In this document: piece by piece, positions 52,501 to 64,000 of the stretch
Position numbering within the stretch: the first letter of the stretch is position 1
How the letters are laid out: every line of letters begins with the position of its first letter
Assembly (NCBI GenBank): GCA_001724265.1
Contig: MEDY01000019.1
Location: 62,001-126,000 of the forward strand
Origin: Rhizaria sp. SCN 62-66
Lineage: Eukaryota
Reading direction: 5' to 3'
DNA length: 64,000 bases
Made by a program: the position numbers and the translations under genes
Notes under the pieces: model-generated
The model's database searches: none
What the model saw: the letters and a program-made list of their open reading frames with translations, nothing else
What the model was told of the DNA's origin: nothing

Positions 52501-55500
52501 TTCTCGATCGAGTCCGAGGCGCGCGTGCGTTCTTACGAAGAGGGCTTCTCGCGCCCCTCGCACGACTGCGCTGCGGCCGCCGCTGCCGCCGCTGCTGCTG
52601 CTGCCGCGGATCGCTTTTCCGGCAAGGCCTCGCCGCGCAGTCGCCGCAACGCCATCGGCGCGAAGTGTCCCTTGGCGCGCGCGTCGCCGCCGACCCGCGG
52701 CGAGGCTGTCGCCGCGCTGGCCTCGCTCGAAGTCGCCGCCACCGCGCCCAGCGCGCTGGCGTCTGCCGCCGCGCGCACGTCCAAGCTCAACACCGTCACG
52801 GCGTACGTGCTGCAGAACCTGAACCACGACCCGGCGGCGCGCGGACTGCACCCGCGCGCGCTCGCGGCCCGCATCCGCAAGCAGCTGGCGCGCCGCCCCA
52901 CGGTTGCGCCCACGCTGCCGTACGCGCTCCGCGGCGGGCGCGGCGCCGCGGCGGCCGGGGCTACTGCGGCGGCCGTCCGGAGCGCCAAGGCGCCCGCTGC
53001 GGCTGCGGCCACGAGCAAGGGTGCGACTGTTGCCGACGCGGACGACGAGGACGACGGCTTTGACGAGCGCACGTTCGGCGAGCTGGAGCGCGACTATGTG
53101 CAGACGCTGCTCCGCGAGCGCTGGCAGTCGAAGCCCCTCCCGGGCATCAACAACGTGCTCTTGGGTCTGCAGGACAGCGTTGACCTCTACCACCGCAGGC
53201 AGGCCATGCAGGCGCAGATCGTCGCGTCGGCCGTGCACGGCGGCAACGCCTCGGCCGCGGCCGCTGCGGCTGCCGAGCTGACGGCGGCGCACCAGAAGGC
53301 ATGGCAGATGCGGCGCGCGCGCCGCAAGACTGAGGCCGCTGCGGCCGCATCTGCAGCCGTGTCAGCCGCCGCTTCTTCTTCAGCCACTGCTGTAAACGGC
53401 CTCAATGCGGGTGCGCACGGCAGCAAGGTTAGCGTTTCCGCTTCCTCGAACGGCCAGCAACAGCAACAACAGCAACAAATGCTGCAGAATCCGTTAGGTA
53501 AGGCTGCTGGCCGTCAGCGCGCCTTTTATCAGAGTTCTCTCAACAGCCAGGCAAGCAGCACCAGCAATTCTGACCCGAAGCCCGCCGCTCCAGTGCGCGA
53601 GGGTCCGTTTGAAACTCACGTGCGCCGGTGCTTGCCCCCAAGCTTACACAGATGGATTCCGCTGCTCAACGACTTCCTGGACACTTCGTTCATTGAGGAC
53701 GAGACTACCAAGAACATGACTGCTACTGAACGTGCCGATAACCTCAACACGCTTCTGTTCGCCATCTTCGACGTGACCGCGGTTCCGATCCCGGCTGAGA
53801 TGCAGATTGCGCTCGACGACCTCGACGAACAAGTCATGTCGTCTCGGCGCCAGGCTGGCAAGCGTGCGCGCGCAGCGGCGGCTGAGACGGCGGCTGCTGC
53901 GCGCGAAGACCTCCGCGTGTCCTCGAGTGTGGACCTCGAGTCGGCGCAGATCGAGCGCGGCGGGCCCGAGGGCCGCTACGGCGCCGTGCTGACACAGCAG
54001 ACGGGCCAGTTCACCGGTAAGGCGTTTTACGAAGACGTGGAACACTTCAGCGTGCGGTTCAGGGAGATCGCGCTCGCGACACCGGCGCAGCCGTTCGTGC
54101 CGCTGAGCATCCACGTGCCGCCGCCCGTGACTGACCCCGCGAGCGGCGTCTCGTGTGCCGCGGCCGCGATCGCCGCGGCGTCCGCGACGTGGGCGAACGA
54201 GACCGTGGGCGGGTGCGCCAGATCGGGGTCGCGTGGCGCGGGCGTGCTCAAGACGCTCGGCACGCGGTTCGTCATTCCCCGTGTGATCGTGGTCACGGGC
54301 GCCGAGTGGCTGGACGCGGCGTCGCGCCAGCTGCTCACCGAGCTCGTACAAAAGGTGCAAAACATCATGCTCATCTTCTCGACGCAGCGGTATGAGCGCA
54401 ACCCGGCGACCAGCAACGCCGCTGCGGGCGCCGCCATGGCGACTCTCGCCGCGGCCACCGCCGTCGCGAACGGCACTAACCTCAACCCCAATGCATCTGT
54501 CGACGCCAACGGCTTGATTCCTGACGCGATTGACCCCGCCATGGTTTCCGCGTCGGCCGCATGCGCGTTCGGAGCGGACATCAACCACAAGTGCGACTAT
54601 AACGTGATGGTGCGCGTGAGCCGGCTGACGCTTGACCGGTGCGCCGCCATGGTGTTCTCGCTTTTCGGCGCCGTGCTGGGGCCCAACTACCTCACCTCGG
54701 TGCTGCACCGCGAGAGTGAGGGCCATCCCGGTGTCGTATTCGAGATGTGCAAGCTGATTGCGCAGTCGGGCGCCACGGTCACGCACGGATGGCTCGCGGT
54801 CGAGGAGCGCATGCTCTCGCGTCTCACTAGCGGCTCCGGCGAGTTCGTCGAGTCGCGCGTTACCGCAATGGTCGGCCAGATTGACCGTCTGCCGGTCGAC
54901 CTGCAGATCACGCTCAAGACGCTCGCCGTGCTCGGCCCGCGCGCCGGTCTGATGACACTCAAGAGCATCCACCCGACCACGAGCTCGGGGCAGATGCTGC
55001 TGAGCCAGTGCCAAAAGCTCATCAGCACTGGCCGCATCTACCACTATGTTGAGAACGGAGAGGACTCTTTTGCTTTCGCGCAATACTTGGCGAGTAAGGC
55101 AGCGTATAATCTGCTGTCGCTCGATCAGCGCCGGAAGATGCACCTGCTCTGCGCGCGCGCACTGCGGTCCGAACTCGCCTCACTGCGCCAGACTGACAGC
55201 GCGGCGCGTGTGGAGGCTCTGTACCACATCTCGCAGCTTCTCGCGGCTAAGTCTGTGCCGCTCGAGTTTGCGCGCGCCACCGCCGCAGCCGCGCTCGCTG
55301 CCGCTGCCAACGCCTCCGCGTCGGGCTTGACCACGATGCCCGCGACCGCGGCGGCGTTCTGCGACGCGTCGTCGCTCGCGCGGTCCCTGTTTGTGCACTC
55401 CGGCGCAGCGCGCGCGTTCAACCGCATCAACGCGTGCGAGGGTCACACCGAGTTCTCTTCGTCGACGCTGCTGCGCATGCTCGTCAACGCGCAAGTCATC

Positions 55501-58500
55501 GCGCTGGGCCTCACGCTGCCGTCGACGCAGGACCCTGACTTCGGCGTGCTGAACGACAACCTTGACCCGTATCTCGACGCAGAGGACCTCAGTCACATGC
55601 TCATTCTCGCTCTGCGCGCCCCCGTCAAGTGGCACTCTGCGCCTTGCAACGCGCACCCGCTGCCGTCGCCGGCGTCGCCCAGCCCCGCCGGCAGCGGTAG
55701 CACGCCGGCCGACAGCACCGCCGGGTCACGTCCGCTGGACATGCTCGACCGCTTCCGCGTGATGCGCCACCAGCTGCTGCTCGAGGCGAGCGCGGACGTG
55801 CTGGTCAAACGCTTGAGACTCATCCACGCGGCGCTGCGCTTTAATGCGCGCTATGAGGAAGCTGTTTCACCGACGGCAACTGCTGCCGCTGCCAATGCTG
55901 CCGCTGCTGCAGCTGCGGCTGCGGGCGGCGGCGCGACTGTCGGGGCCGCTGCCGCCGCTGCTGCTGCGAACGCGAGCGCTGCGGGCGCCGCCGCCGCCGG
56001 CAATCTGTTGCTGCCGGTGACGGACGCGATGACTCTTTACGCTGACATGATTTCTCTCTATCTCAAGGAGGGCTCACTCTACACGCCCAACGCGGCGCTG
56101 CCGCTGCTTTCTGCGGTGAAGAAGCACCAGGCGCAGCTTGTGATGCAGCTGCTCAAGGACCTACCGCCGCTGCCGCAGCGCTTCCCGCGTGCTAAAAAGT
56201 CCCAGTCGCACTCGCGCGCACCCACTACGCAGAATACGAGCAGTAGTGCGAGCACGGTTGCTGGCTCTAGCGCTGCCGCGACTGCGGTGGCAACGGCCAA
56301 CGCCCGCGCCACCACTGCCGCCTCCGCAGCCGCTGCGCTGACCACGGCCGCCGGAATCGCGTCCCCGACTGGCGTCTTCGGCGTCAACCGCAAGCCGCTG
56401 AGCGTGAGCGTGAGCGTGAGTGACGGCGGCCAACTGACCAGCGCAAACGATTTCGGTGACGCGTCCCCGTTTCAGCACCAGCAGCGGCAGCGGAGAGACA
56501 GCGCGGCCAGCGTCCACAGCGCTCTGTCGGGCGCGTCTGGCTCGAGCCACAGCGGCAGCCTCTACGGCGGCGGCCGCTCGGTCCGCGCAGGCAGCGTCTA
56601 CAACGCCTCGGATGCTGGCATCGACGTCATTGCTGATGCGGAGGTGCGTGCGAACGCGGCCACGAGAATTCCAGGCATGTTCGGCTTTGGCTTCGGTGCC
56701 GGTATGGGCGGGCTTAAGCCCAACGTCGTCGTTCCCTCGCTCGAAGTGCACGAGATGTACAACATCAGCACGTCTGCGCGCGACTACCTGACGTACGAGC
56801 GCCTGTCTCTGCACCTGACGCGCGCCCACGTCGAGCAGTCCGCGCAGCGCTACACGCTACTGGCGGCCACGCGCGCGCTCTCGTTTGAGAAGGACCGCTC
56901 CGCTGCGCTGCGGCTGCTGCACCGCTACGCCGACAACATGCAGGGCCGCAACCCGCTGGACGCGGCGCGCGTGGACGAGCTGCTGTCGCTGCATTATTCG
57001 CGCCACGGATTCCACCACGACTCACTGCCCTTCACCATGGCGTACCTCGCGCGCTGCGGCGTCCCGCTGCCGCTGCCGGGCTACCCCGTCATCGGCGCGC
57101 TCGTTGACGAGCTCATGGCGCCCTTCTACACCGACCCTGTGCGCAGGATGCTCGGCATTTACGTCTTCGCGGAGCCCGACATCATGCCCACCGCGGCCCC
57201 GCTCGGCGGCGCGCGCGTGTCTGCGTCCTCCACCTCGTCCTCCGCCGCAGTCGCCGCGGCCGCAGCTGCTGCTGCGACAGGCCCGAAAACTGCCGCCGCT
57301 ACAGCTACGAGTCCCGGCATCACCACCGGCGCCGGCGCTGGCGGCGGCGGCCACAGCGGCGGCGTCTCGCTGCTGTGCACCGAGGGCGACGTGATGAACG
57401 TGTCGAACCCGATCGTGCGCCACATGCTGCTGCTGCACGACTCGACGACGCTGCGCGAGGACTGCGCGCACCACGCCCGCAAAGTGCTCTCGCTGCTCAC
57501 GGGCAATATCACCTCCGCGCTCACGCGGCTAGTGCTCGCGCTCAAGCACTCGACGCAGCCGAAGCTGGAGGTGATTCCGGCGCACGAGCTCAAAGCCATT
57601 GCCGACGTCATGGCGTCCACGGCGACCACGTCGCTGTCGGCCGACGCGTACGCGCAGTGGGCTGGCGCGCTCTCCTCAGCGGGCCTGCACCTGGACCCGT
57701 CCGGCGGCATGCGCGTGACGACGATGCCGCTGCGCACGCGCTACCACGAGGCGCAGTCCGCCGCCTGCGGCTCAGACCCCGAGGTCGCGGAGGCCGACGG
57801 CGGCGGCAAGAAACGCCCCACGCCCGCGATGCCGTCCGACGCTGGCGACGGCGGCGACGCGGGGAACATCGACGCGAGTCTGAGCGGCGACAGCAGCTCC
57901 AGCGACTTCGGTGTCGCGCAGGTGCCCGGCACTCCTGCCGCGGTCGGCTCCCCGGCGCGCGCGAGCGGCACACGCAAGGACGGCGCTGGCGGCGCCGGGA
58001 ACTCGCAGGGGCTTAGCCCGCCTGGCGCGGGACAGACCCCTCTCGGCGGCAACGCAGGCTCTGGCGGCAACAGTCTTACGCCCTCACCGCGGCCTTCTGG
58101 ATCGACCCCGCTGCCGGAGCCCGCCTCGGCTGGCGCTGCTGTGGGCGCTGCGGGGGCTGCAAGCTCACACAGCGCGGCCGCAGATGCTGGTTCATCCTCG
58201 TCTTCATCGTCGTCGTCGTCGTCAGCCACGACACAAGGCCAGGCTGCTTCTGCTGCGGGCAACAACACGGCGTCCTCGGGCTCTGGCTCTTCTGCGCCGA
58301 CGACGACCTCCGCTGCCGTGACCGCGCCGGTGCTGCCGTCGACTCTCGTGACCGGCCACGGCCTCTATCAGCACGGCCCCGGCACCAACACCTCCGCGAT
58401 CCAGGCCGCGCTCGCGTCGGCCGTCGCGTTGCCCATCACGCGCGGTAACGTCGAAGTCGTGCGCAGCGGCGCCGTGTGGGACATCGTGCTGGACCAGCTC

Positions 58501-61500
58501 GACCGCCGCGCCGGAGGGATCTACTCCAAGGCCGCGCTGCGCACGCGCGTCGGCCCGGCAGGCACCGGGACCGCAGCCGCGGTTGCTGCCGCATCGGCCA
58601 ACGTCCCTGGAGCTGCTGCGGCCGCAATCGCCGCCGCCGCTGCAGATGCGCTATCTTTGCCCGAGTTTGTGCAGAACGCGATCCCGCCCGAGGTGCACGC
58701 CTCTGTGGTCGCGCTCTTCGTCCCGCCGCGCATTGCGCTGGGGGCGATGCGCATGACCGGCATGGGCTCACTCATGGCCTCGCAGCTGCGCCGCGCCGGC
58801 ACGCCCGCGCCAGAGCGGCCCGCGCTCGGTCCGTTCAACATCCTGCTGCCGTATTCGCGCCTTGCGCCGTCGCCGGCCCCCGGCGCGCCCGCTGGCGGAC
58901 ACTTCGCCAACACCGTCGCGTCGTCACTCACGCGGCCGTACTCGCTACACACCCTCGCCAGCGGCATCCTGCCCCACGTCGCGCTGTCTCCGGAGGAGCG
59001 CGTGCTGCTGGAGCGGCAGCTGCACCTGTCGCTCGCGGCCGTGCCCGCGCCCGCGCAGCGCGACGCGCAGGCGCTGACAGAGCGCTCGCTGATCGACGCC
59101 GCGGTGCACGTCCCCGGAGGCACCCACAGCGCCGTGGGCGCGATTCCCTTTGCGCCGGGCTCATTCGCGGTGCCGCTCGATGGCGAGGATTCGCCGGTGT
59201 ACGGATTTGGTGAGCGCATGCTGTTGCCGGTCGACGGGCTCGCGCGAGGATCTGCGGCGGCCGAGGCGTCGCTGCGGCCGTCGCTGGCGCTGCAGCTTGA
59301 GTACTCGACGGGCATCTCGGACACGAGCAGCGCGATGTACATCAACGTCGTCACCAAGAAGCTGCTTGCACTGGAGAAGATCCCCCCGTCGGTCGCCATG
59401 CATATCGCGCTGCGTTTCCCCTTTGCGTTCGACCTGGTGTCGCTACAATGCGCGCTCAACTCGCACCAGAAGCGTACGATGCACTCGGCGCAGCAGGCCG
59501 CGTCCGGTCTGCTGGGCCGCGGCGAGCAGCTCGTGACCGTGGTGAACATGGCGCGGCCGTACAACCGACGTCTGCTGAACCTCGCCGTGCAGTCGGTCAA
59601 CTCTGCCATGTTCCGCACGCTCTCCAGCGGCCGCGGCGAGGCTGCTGCGGGCCTGCTCAACCCGGGACCCAGCTACACCCCTATCGCGCGCGCGCTCGCG
59701 GCCTCGGCAAATGCTCGCAACGAGGAGATCTTCAAGCGCATCGTCGTGTTCTTCCGCCGCCTGCTCGGCTCGGTCGACGCGCGCCGCGTGTTCCGCGAGA
59801 CTGACCACGTTATTCCCGACTCGGTGCTCACGCGCGCACACGTACCCGCGCTCATGTGTGCCTTTGGGCCCGAGTTCCCACAGCTCACCGAGCAGGCCCC
59901 GAACGCGACTGCTGCTGCCGGCGCCGCCGCAGGGATGGGTGTCCAGTCGCCGCGCGGGCCTGCGGGCGTTGCCGGCGTCAATCCCTCCGGCGGCCTGCAC
60001 GACTGCGCGCTGGCGGCGATGCTGGGCACGCTCTCCGGCTTTGGCCAGCGCGGCATCCCCGACCCCGGGCAGATGATGGCGGCCGCCAGCGCGGTGGCTT
60101 CCTCGGTGTCGAGCCACATGATTAGCGGCGGCACCGTCGGCACCAACGACTCGCTGCTATCCGCGTTCGCGGGCGGGTACGTCGTCCCGGGCACCGGCGA
60201 GGTCATGATCCCCACGACGCGCGCTGAGACGATGTTCACGCGTGTGCTCTCCGCGATGAGCATCCTTGCGCGCACGCATACCGACAACGGCCGCGCCGCC
60301 GACGCGCTGCCGCTGATGTCCTACGTCGTCAACACGTACTCGCGCATCGTCGGCAAGTCGCGCCACTTCATGCGCTTCTTTTACTTCCACCAGGCCATTG
60401 CGCGGCTGCAGCTCGGCTTCCTGCGCCGCTCCCTCAGCGTCTCGGCCATCATCGCTCGCAGCGCGGCGCAGGACTCGGAGCACCTCCACGGCTTCCTGTC
60501 GGCTGTACTGCGCGCGTCGGCGCTGACGATGCTCGAGGGCCCCAGCGCTGCCTCGGTCGACGCGCTGCGGCACGCGCTCTTTATGATCCAGGAGCTCCGC
60601 ACCATCTCCGGCATTCACGCTTTGACGTCGACCGTGCTGTTCTTCTCGCTCCATGCTCTGCGTTCGCGGCAGAAGCTGCTGCTCGAGTTCCTCAACACGC
60701 TCAACGACTGGTCGCTGCTGCCTGCGACGGGCAACTACGTGCATGTCTACATCACGCTCTCGCTGCTGTTCCAGCACGCGATCGACGACCCCAACGTGTC
60801 GCCCTTCGCGGCGGCGACCGCGCGGCATTTCGAGTCCGCGTTCGGGCCCGTGGTGGAGATGGCGCGTCTGCACCTGTCGGGCGCGGCCGTGATGCGCGTG
60901 CTCAACTCGCAGCGCCGCATCGCGCACGACGCGCTGCACATGGCTGCGGCCACAACCAAGATGGCGACGATGACGGCGGCGCAGACGACGGCGACGTTCA
61001 TGGACGCGAGCGACGACGTCAGCAGCGACGCGCGGTCCACGCGGCCGCAGTCGCGACAGCCCTCGCCGCCGGCCACCGCAGACCCCAGCGAGCTGGTGAG
61101 ACGGGACGGGACCATCGACGTGTGGCTGCCCTCGGCCGTCCCCGCGTCGGCGTCCGCCGCGGCCGCCACCGCCGCTGGCGCCGCGAACCCTGCCGCCGTC
61201 CCCACTGCGGGCGATTCCCCGGGCGCGGTGCGCCGCAGAGCTATGTCGACGAGCTCGATCCACGAGTCGCGGCCGACAAGCGCGACCATCACGACAGCGG
61301 ACGCGAGCACGAGCACGTCGCCGCTGCGGGCGCTGCGCGGGATCGACCCCACGCTGCTGTCGTACACGCGAAGCAGCGATAACGCGACGCCGATGCTCAA
61401 CAAGAGCAACAGCGTTGCAATGAATCGCAGTGGCGCCAACAGTGTCCGCGGTGACAACTACGGCGTTGAGCCGCCCTCTCATCTCTTGAAGGACGCCAAA

Positions 61501-64000
61501 TCCCTCGCGAGCAATACGTCCGTTCCTCACAGCATCGTCAACAGCAGCAGCGTCTCTGGCTCTCCCATGGACAGCACCGACGACACTGCAGCGGCCATTT
61601 CCGCCCGGGCCCCGCGCAACCAGAACTGGCAGAAACTGATGCGCGTCATCAACGCTGAACAGCTGCCCAACAACGACACAGTCACGACTTTTTTACCCCC
61701 GGCCCCGATCTTTTTTACCGGTGCGGCGCCTGCGCCCATCCCCATGTTCACCTTCAGCAACCCCAATAGCAGCTCGAGCTCAAGCGCTGTCAGCGGCTCC
61801 AAGTGGGGCGACGACTCCCCCAACGGCGACGTCGACGCGCGCTCCTTCACCACCGCCGGTGACAACGACACCACGCCCGTAGACCCGGCGCAGGCGCAGT
61901 CGCAGGCTCCGGCGACCCCTATAGTGTCGGCGGCGCTGCCGCGCGGCGTGACGCCGCTCGTCACGGGCGTGCGCACCGCCGAGCGCAGGCGCACGCGCGA
62001 GCGCGAGCGGGCGAGCCAAGCTGCGGGCCGGACAGCGGCGCCTGCGCAGTCGGGGGTTGTGCCTAGCAACCGCAACAACAGGGGCGGCGGCGCCACATTC
62101 GACCCGAGCCCGGCCTGGCAGCGGTCCGTGAGCGCGTCCTCTAGCTCCGACTCCGGCGCCGGACAGGGCATGCTGTTCCGCGGGCTCAGCGCCCCGTTCA
62201 TCGCCACGAACAACAACAGTAACATCAACAACAAAAACAACAACATCAATACGAGCTTTGACGGGGAGTCCGGCGGCGCACCGCGCTCGCGGACGCCCGC
62301 CAGCCCCAGCGGCTCCAACGTCAACGGTGGCGGTAACAACACGCCCCCAGTTGCGGTGCCCAAGTTCTCCGTGATGTCGCCGAGCTCGCTCTCGCGCTTT
62401 GTCGCCACCGCCACCGCCACAGCGGACTCCACCGCAACCGCGACCGCCTTGCGCAGCAACGGCTCGTCGAGCAAGATCCGCTTTGGCGGGCGCGCTCGCG
62501 CCCCGTCGACGACGTCCACCACGACGACCACAGCGTGCACTGAGCGCGCCCCGCGCCCGCCGCGCCCGCTGCCGCGCGAGACCGCCCGCGCGCGCGCGCG
62601 CGAGGCCCGCCAGCGGCTGCGCATCCTGCTGCTGGCGGACCGCTGGGGCGAGCATGCGCGTGCCAGCCAGCGCGTGTACAGCGCAACCGTGGGCTACGCG
62701 CTGCCGCCGCCTGCCAACGCGCTGACGACCATGACGGGCTACCTCGCACCCGCCGGCAAGGGCAGCGTGTCTTCGGGCTCGGGCCCCAGCGGCAATGCCC
62801 CGGGCTACCGACGCGCGACGTCGGGCGCCGGCAGCTCTGCGGGCACGAGCTCCGGCGGAGGCGGCGGCGGCGGCGGTGGCGCGGGTGTGGGCGGGCCGGG
62901 CGACGCGGGCGGCCGCGGCAAGGACTCCGGTCTGCGCCTCATGATCGGCCTCCGCGCGCTGCCTGCGCTAGGCTCGGTACAGCTCGCCAAGGAGGTCGAC
63001 CCACAGAACATGCTGCTGGTCACCGGCGAGGACGCGACGCCCTGCCCCACGGCGCCGCTGATCGCGCGCATTCGCACAGAGGCGTCCGCTGCGGCCGTGC
63101 GCGAGGCGAAGCGCGCGGCCTCCGCCGCCACCAACGCGTACCAGCAGCGCCGACGCCGCGCGCTTGGCCGCGGCGGCGCGTTCGGCGGGTCCAGCGGGGA
63201 CTCGTCCCCGACCTCGCCGGGTGCCGGCGACGACGACGGGCTCGACGCGGCGACGTCGCAGTGGCTTCGCAACACGCGCCGCGGCCCGCTCGACGGCGGC
63301 GGCACGCAGGCGGCGCGTTGGGGCGAGGACACGGAGGATAGCTCGCCCACGACGCCCAGTTCGCCGACCCCCGGGGTCGAGCGCCAAGGCGCGCGCAGCC
63401 GCGTCACGCAGCAGCCATCGCGGCAGCAGCACCAGCTGCAGCTCCCGGGCGCGCGCGGCCAGGTCGGTCTATCTTCGTACAGCGCGGCCAACAGCAGCGC
63501 GAGCGCGCTAAGCCCACGCAGCAGCGGGCAGCCGCCGCGGTTCCCGCGCCACTTGTCGATCGAGCGCAACCTGTCGATCGACCGCGCGCCCTCGGTGCTG
63601 TCCCCCGGCCGCGGCATGCTGGCCAGCCCCACCACGACGGTCTCGACGCTTGGCGGCAGCACGTTTGGCGGGTCCGCGGTCACCTCGGTCAACACCAGCA
63701 GCAACAACGGCGGTCCGGGCGTGTTCCGCGTCATTCCCGCCTCTTTACCGGGCACTTCGGCGCCGTTGCTTGCGACGGCCTCGCGCGGGCCTCGGCCGTC
63801 GGCCGCAAGTCTCGCTGGCAGTAGCAGTAGCAGCAGCCACTTCAACAACAGCAGCAGTAGCAGCACTACTGGTGGCAGCGGCAGCGGTGACGCACCGGTG
63901 AGCTCGAACAACAGCGAAGGCTTGGGTGACTCGAAGCAGAAGCAGCAGCAGCAGCAACAACAAGGAGGCACGCCCAGGCACCTGCGCGAGCAATGGCAGC
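37507..64000 (+). CDS. Giant soluble adenylyl cyclase (ADCY10)-like protein: two class III cyclase domains + STAND/AAA-type NTPase + helical region; one in-frame TAG at 45823-45825; 3' end beyond the window
   Basis: Starts MGCSAS; CHD1 FIDVSGFTKLSE...GGDVIKFAGDA (resumes near 43690 with LRLHMGIGAG...EFYIAGDP); CHD2 EYRTVTVAF...DDKG...IGVATG...RCEYTAVG..V.LAARL. After the TAG the frame shows no further stop to 64000 and contains PFGRDPE, P-loop-like SSAGSGRS, IPLLNDFL, VIVVTGAEWLDAAS, SEGHP, IDRLPVDLQITLK, AYNLLSLDQRRKMH. At least 8831 codons. Confidence 0.85.

Overview
Gene-dense nuclear DNA of a eukaryotic microbe, probably a flagellated protist because it carries an SF-assemblin gene; the lineage cannot be fixed from this window. 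Exons are GC-rich, while introns (about 100-200 nt) and intergenic spacers are AT-rich. I find 13 complete protein genes plus one giant gene that runs off the right edge. In order: thioredoxin/PDI-like secreted protein, FKBP+EF-hand PPIase, NAF1, CDF (ZnT-like) transporter, Xaa-Pro dipeptidase, TMEM135, makorin, a ~2,000-aa GPI-type surface protein, a SMYD-like SET protein, a Cir_N protein, CDP-DAG synthase, DGAT1, SF-assemblin, and a >8,800-codon intronless soluble-adenylyl-cyclase-like (cyclase pair + STAND NTPase) protein. The main signal is an apparent non-standard nuclear genetic code. Three unrelated genes each contain one in-frame TAG (6156-6158 +, 27328-27330 -, 45823-45825 +) across which the frame, coding composition and domain architecture continue. 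All 13 genuine terminators are TAA (7) or TGA (6), never TAG. This points to UAG alone being reassigned to a sense codon; Gln is my best guess but is unproven. Secondary signals: a GTACGY-type 5' splice-site consensus with no +4A, a split and degenerate giant cyclase, a CDF with HxxxH/HxxxH site motifs, and a decayed acidic ORF. All family calls come from motif recognition by eye; no database search was run.
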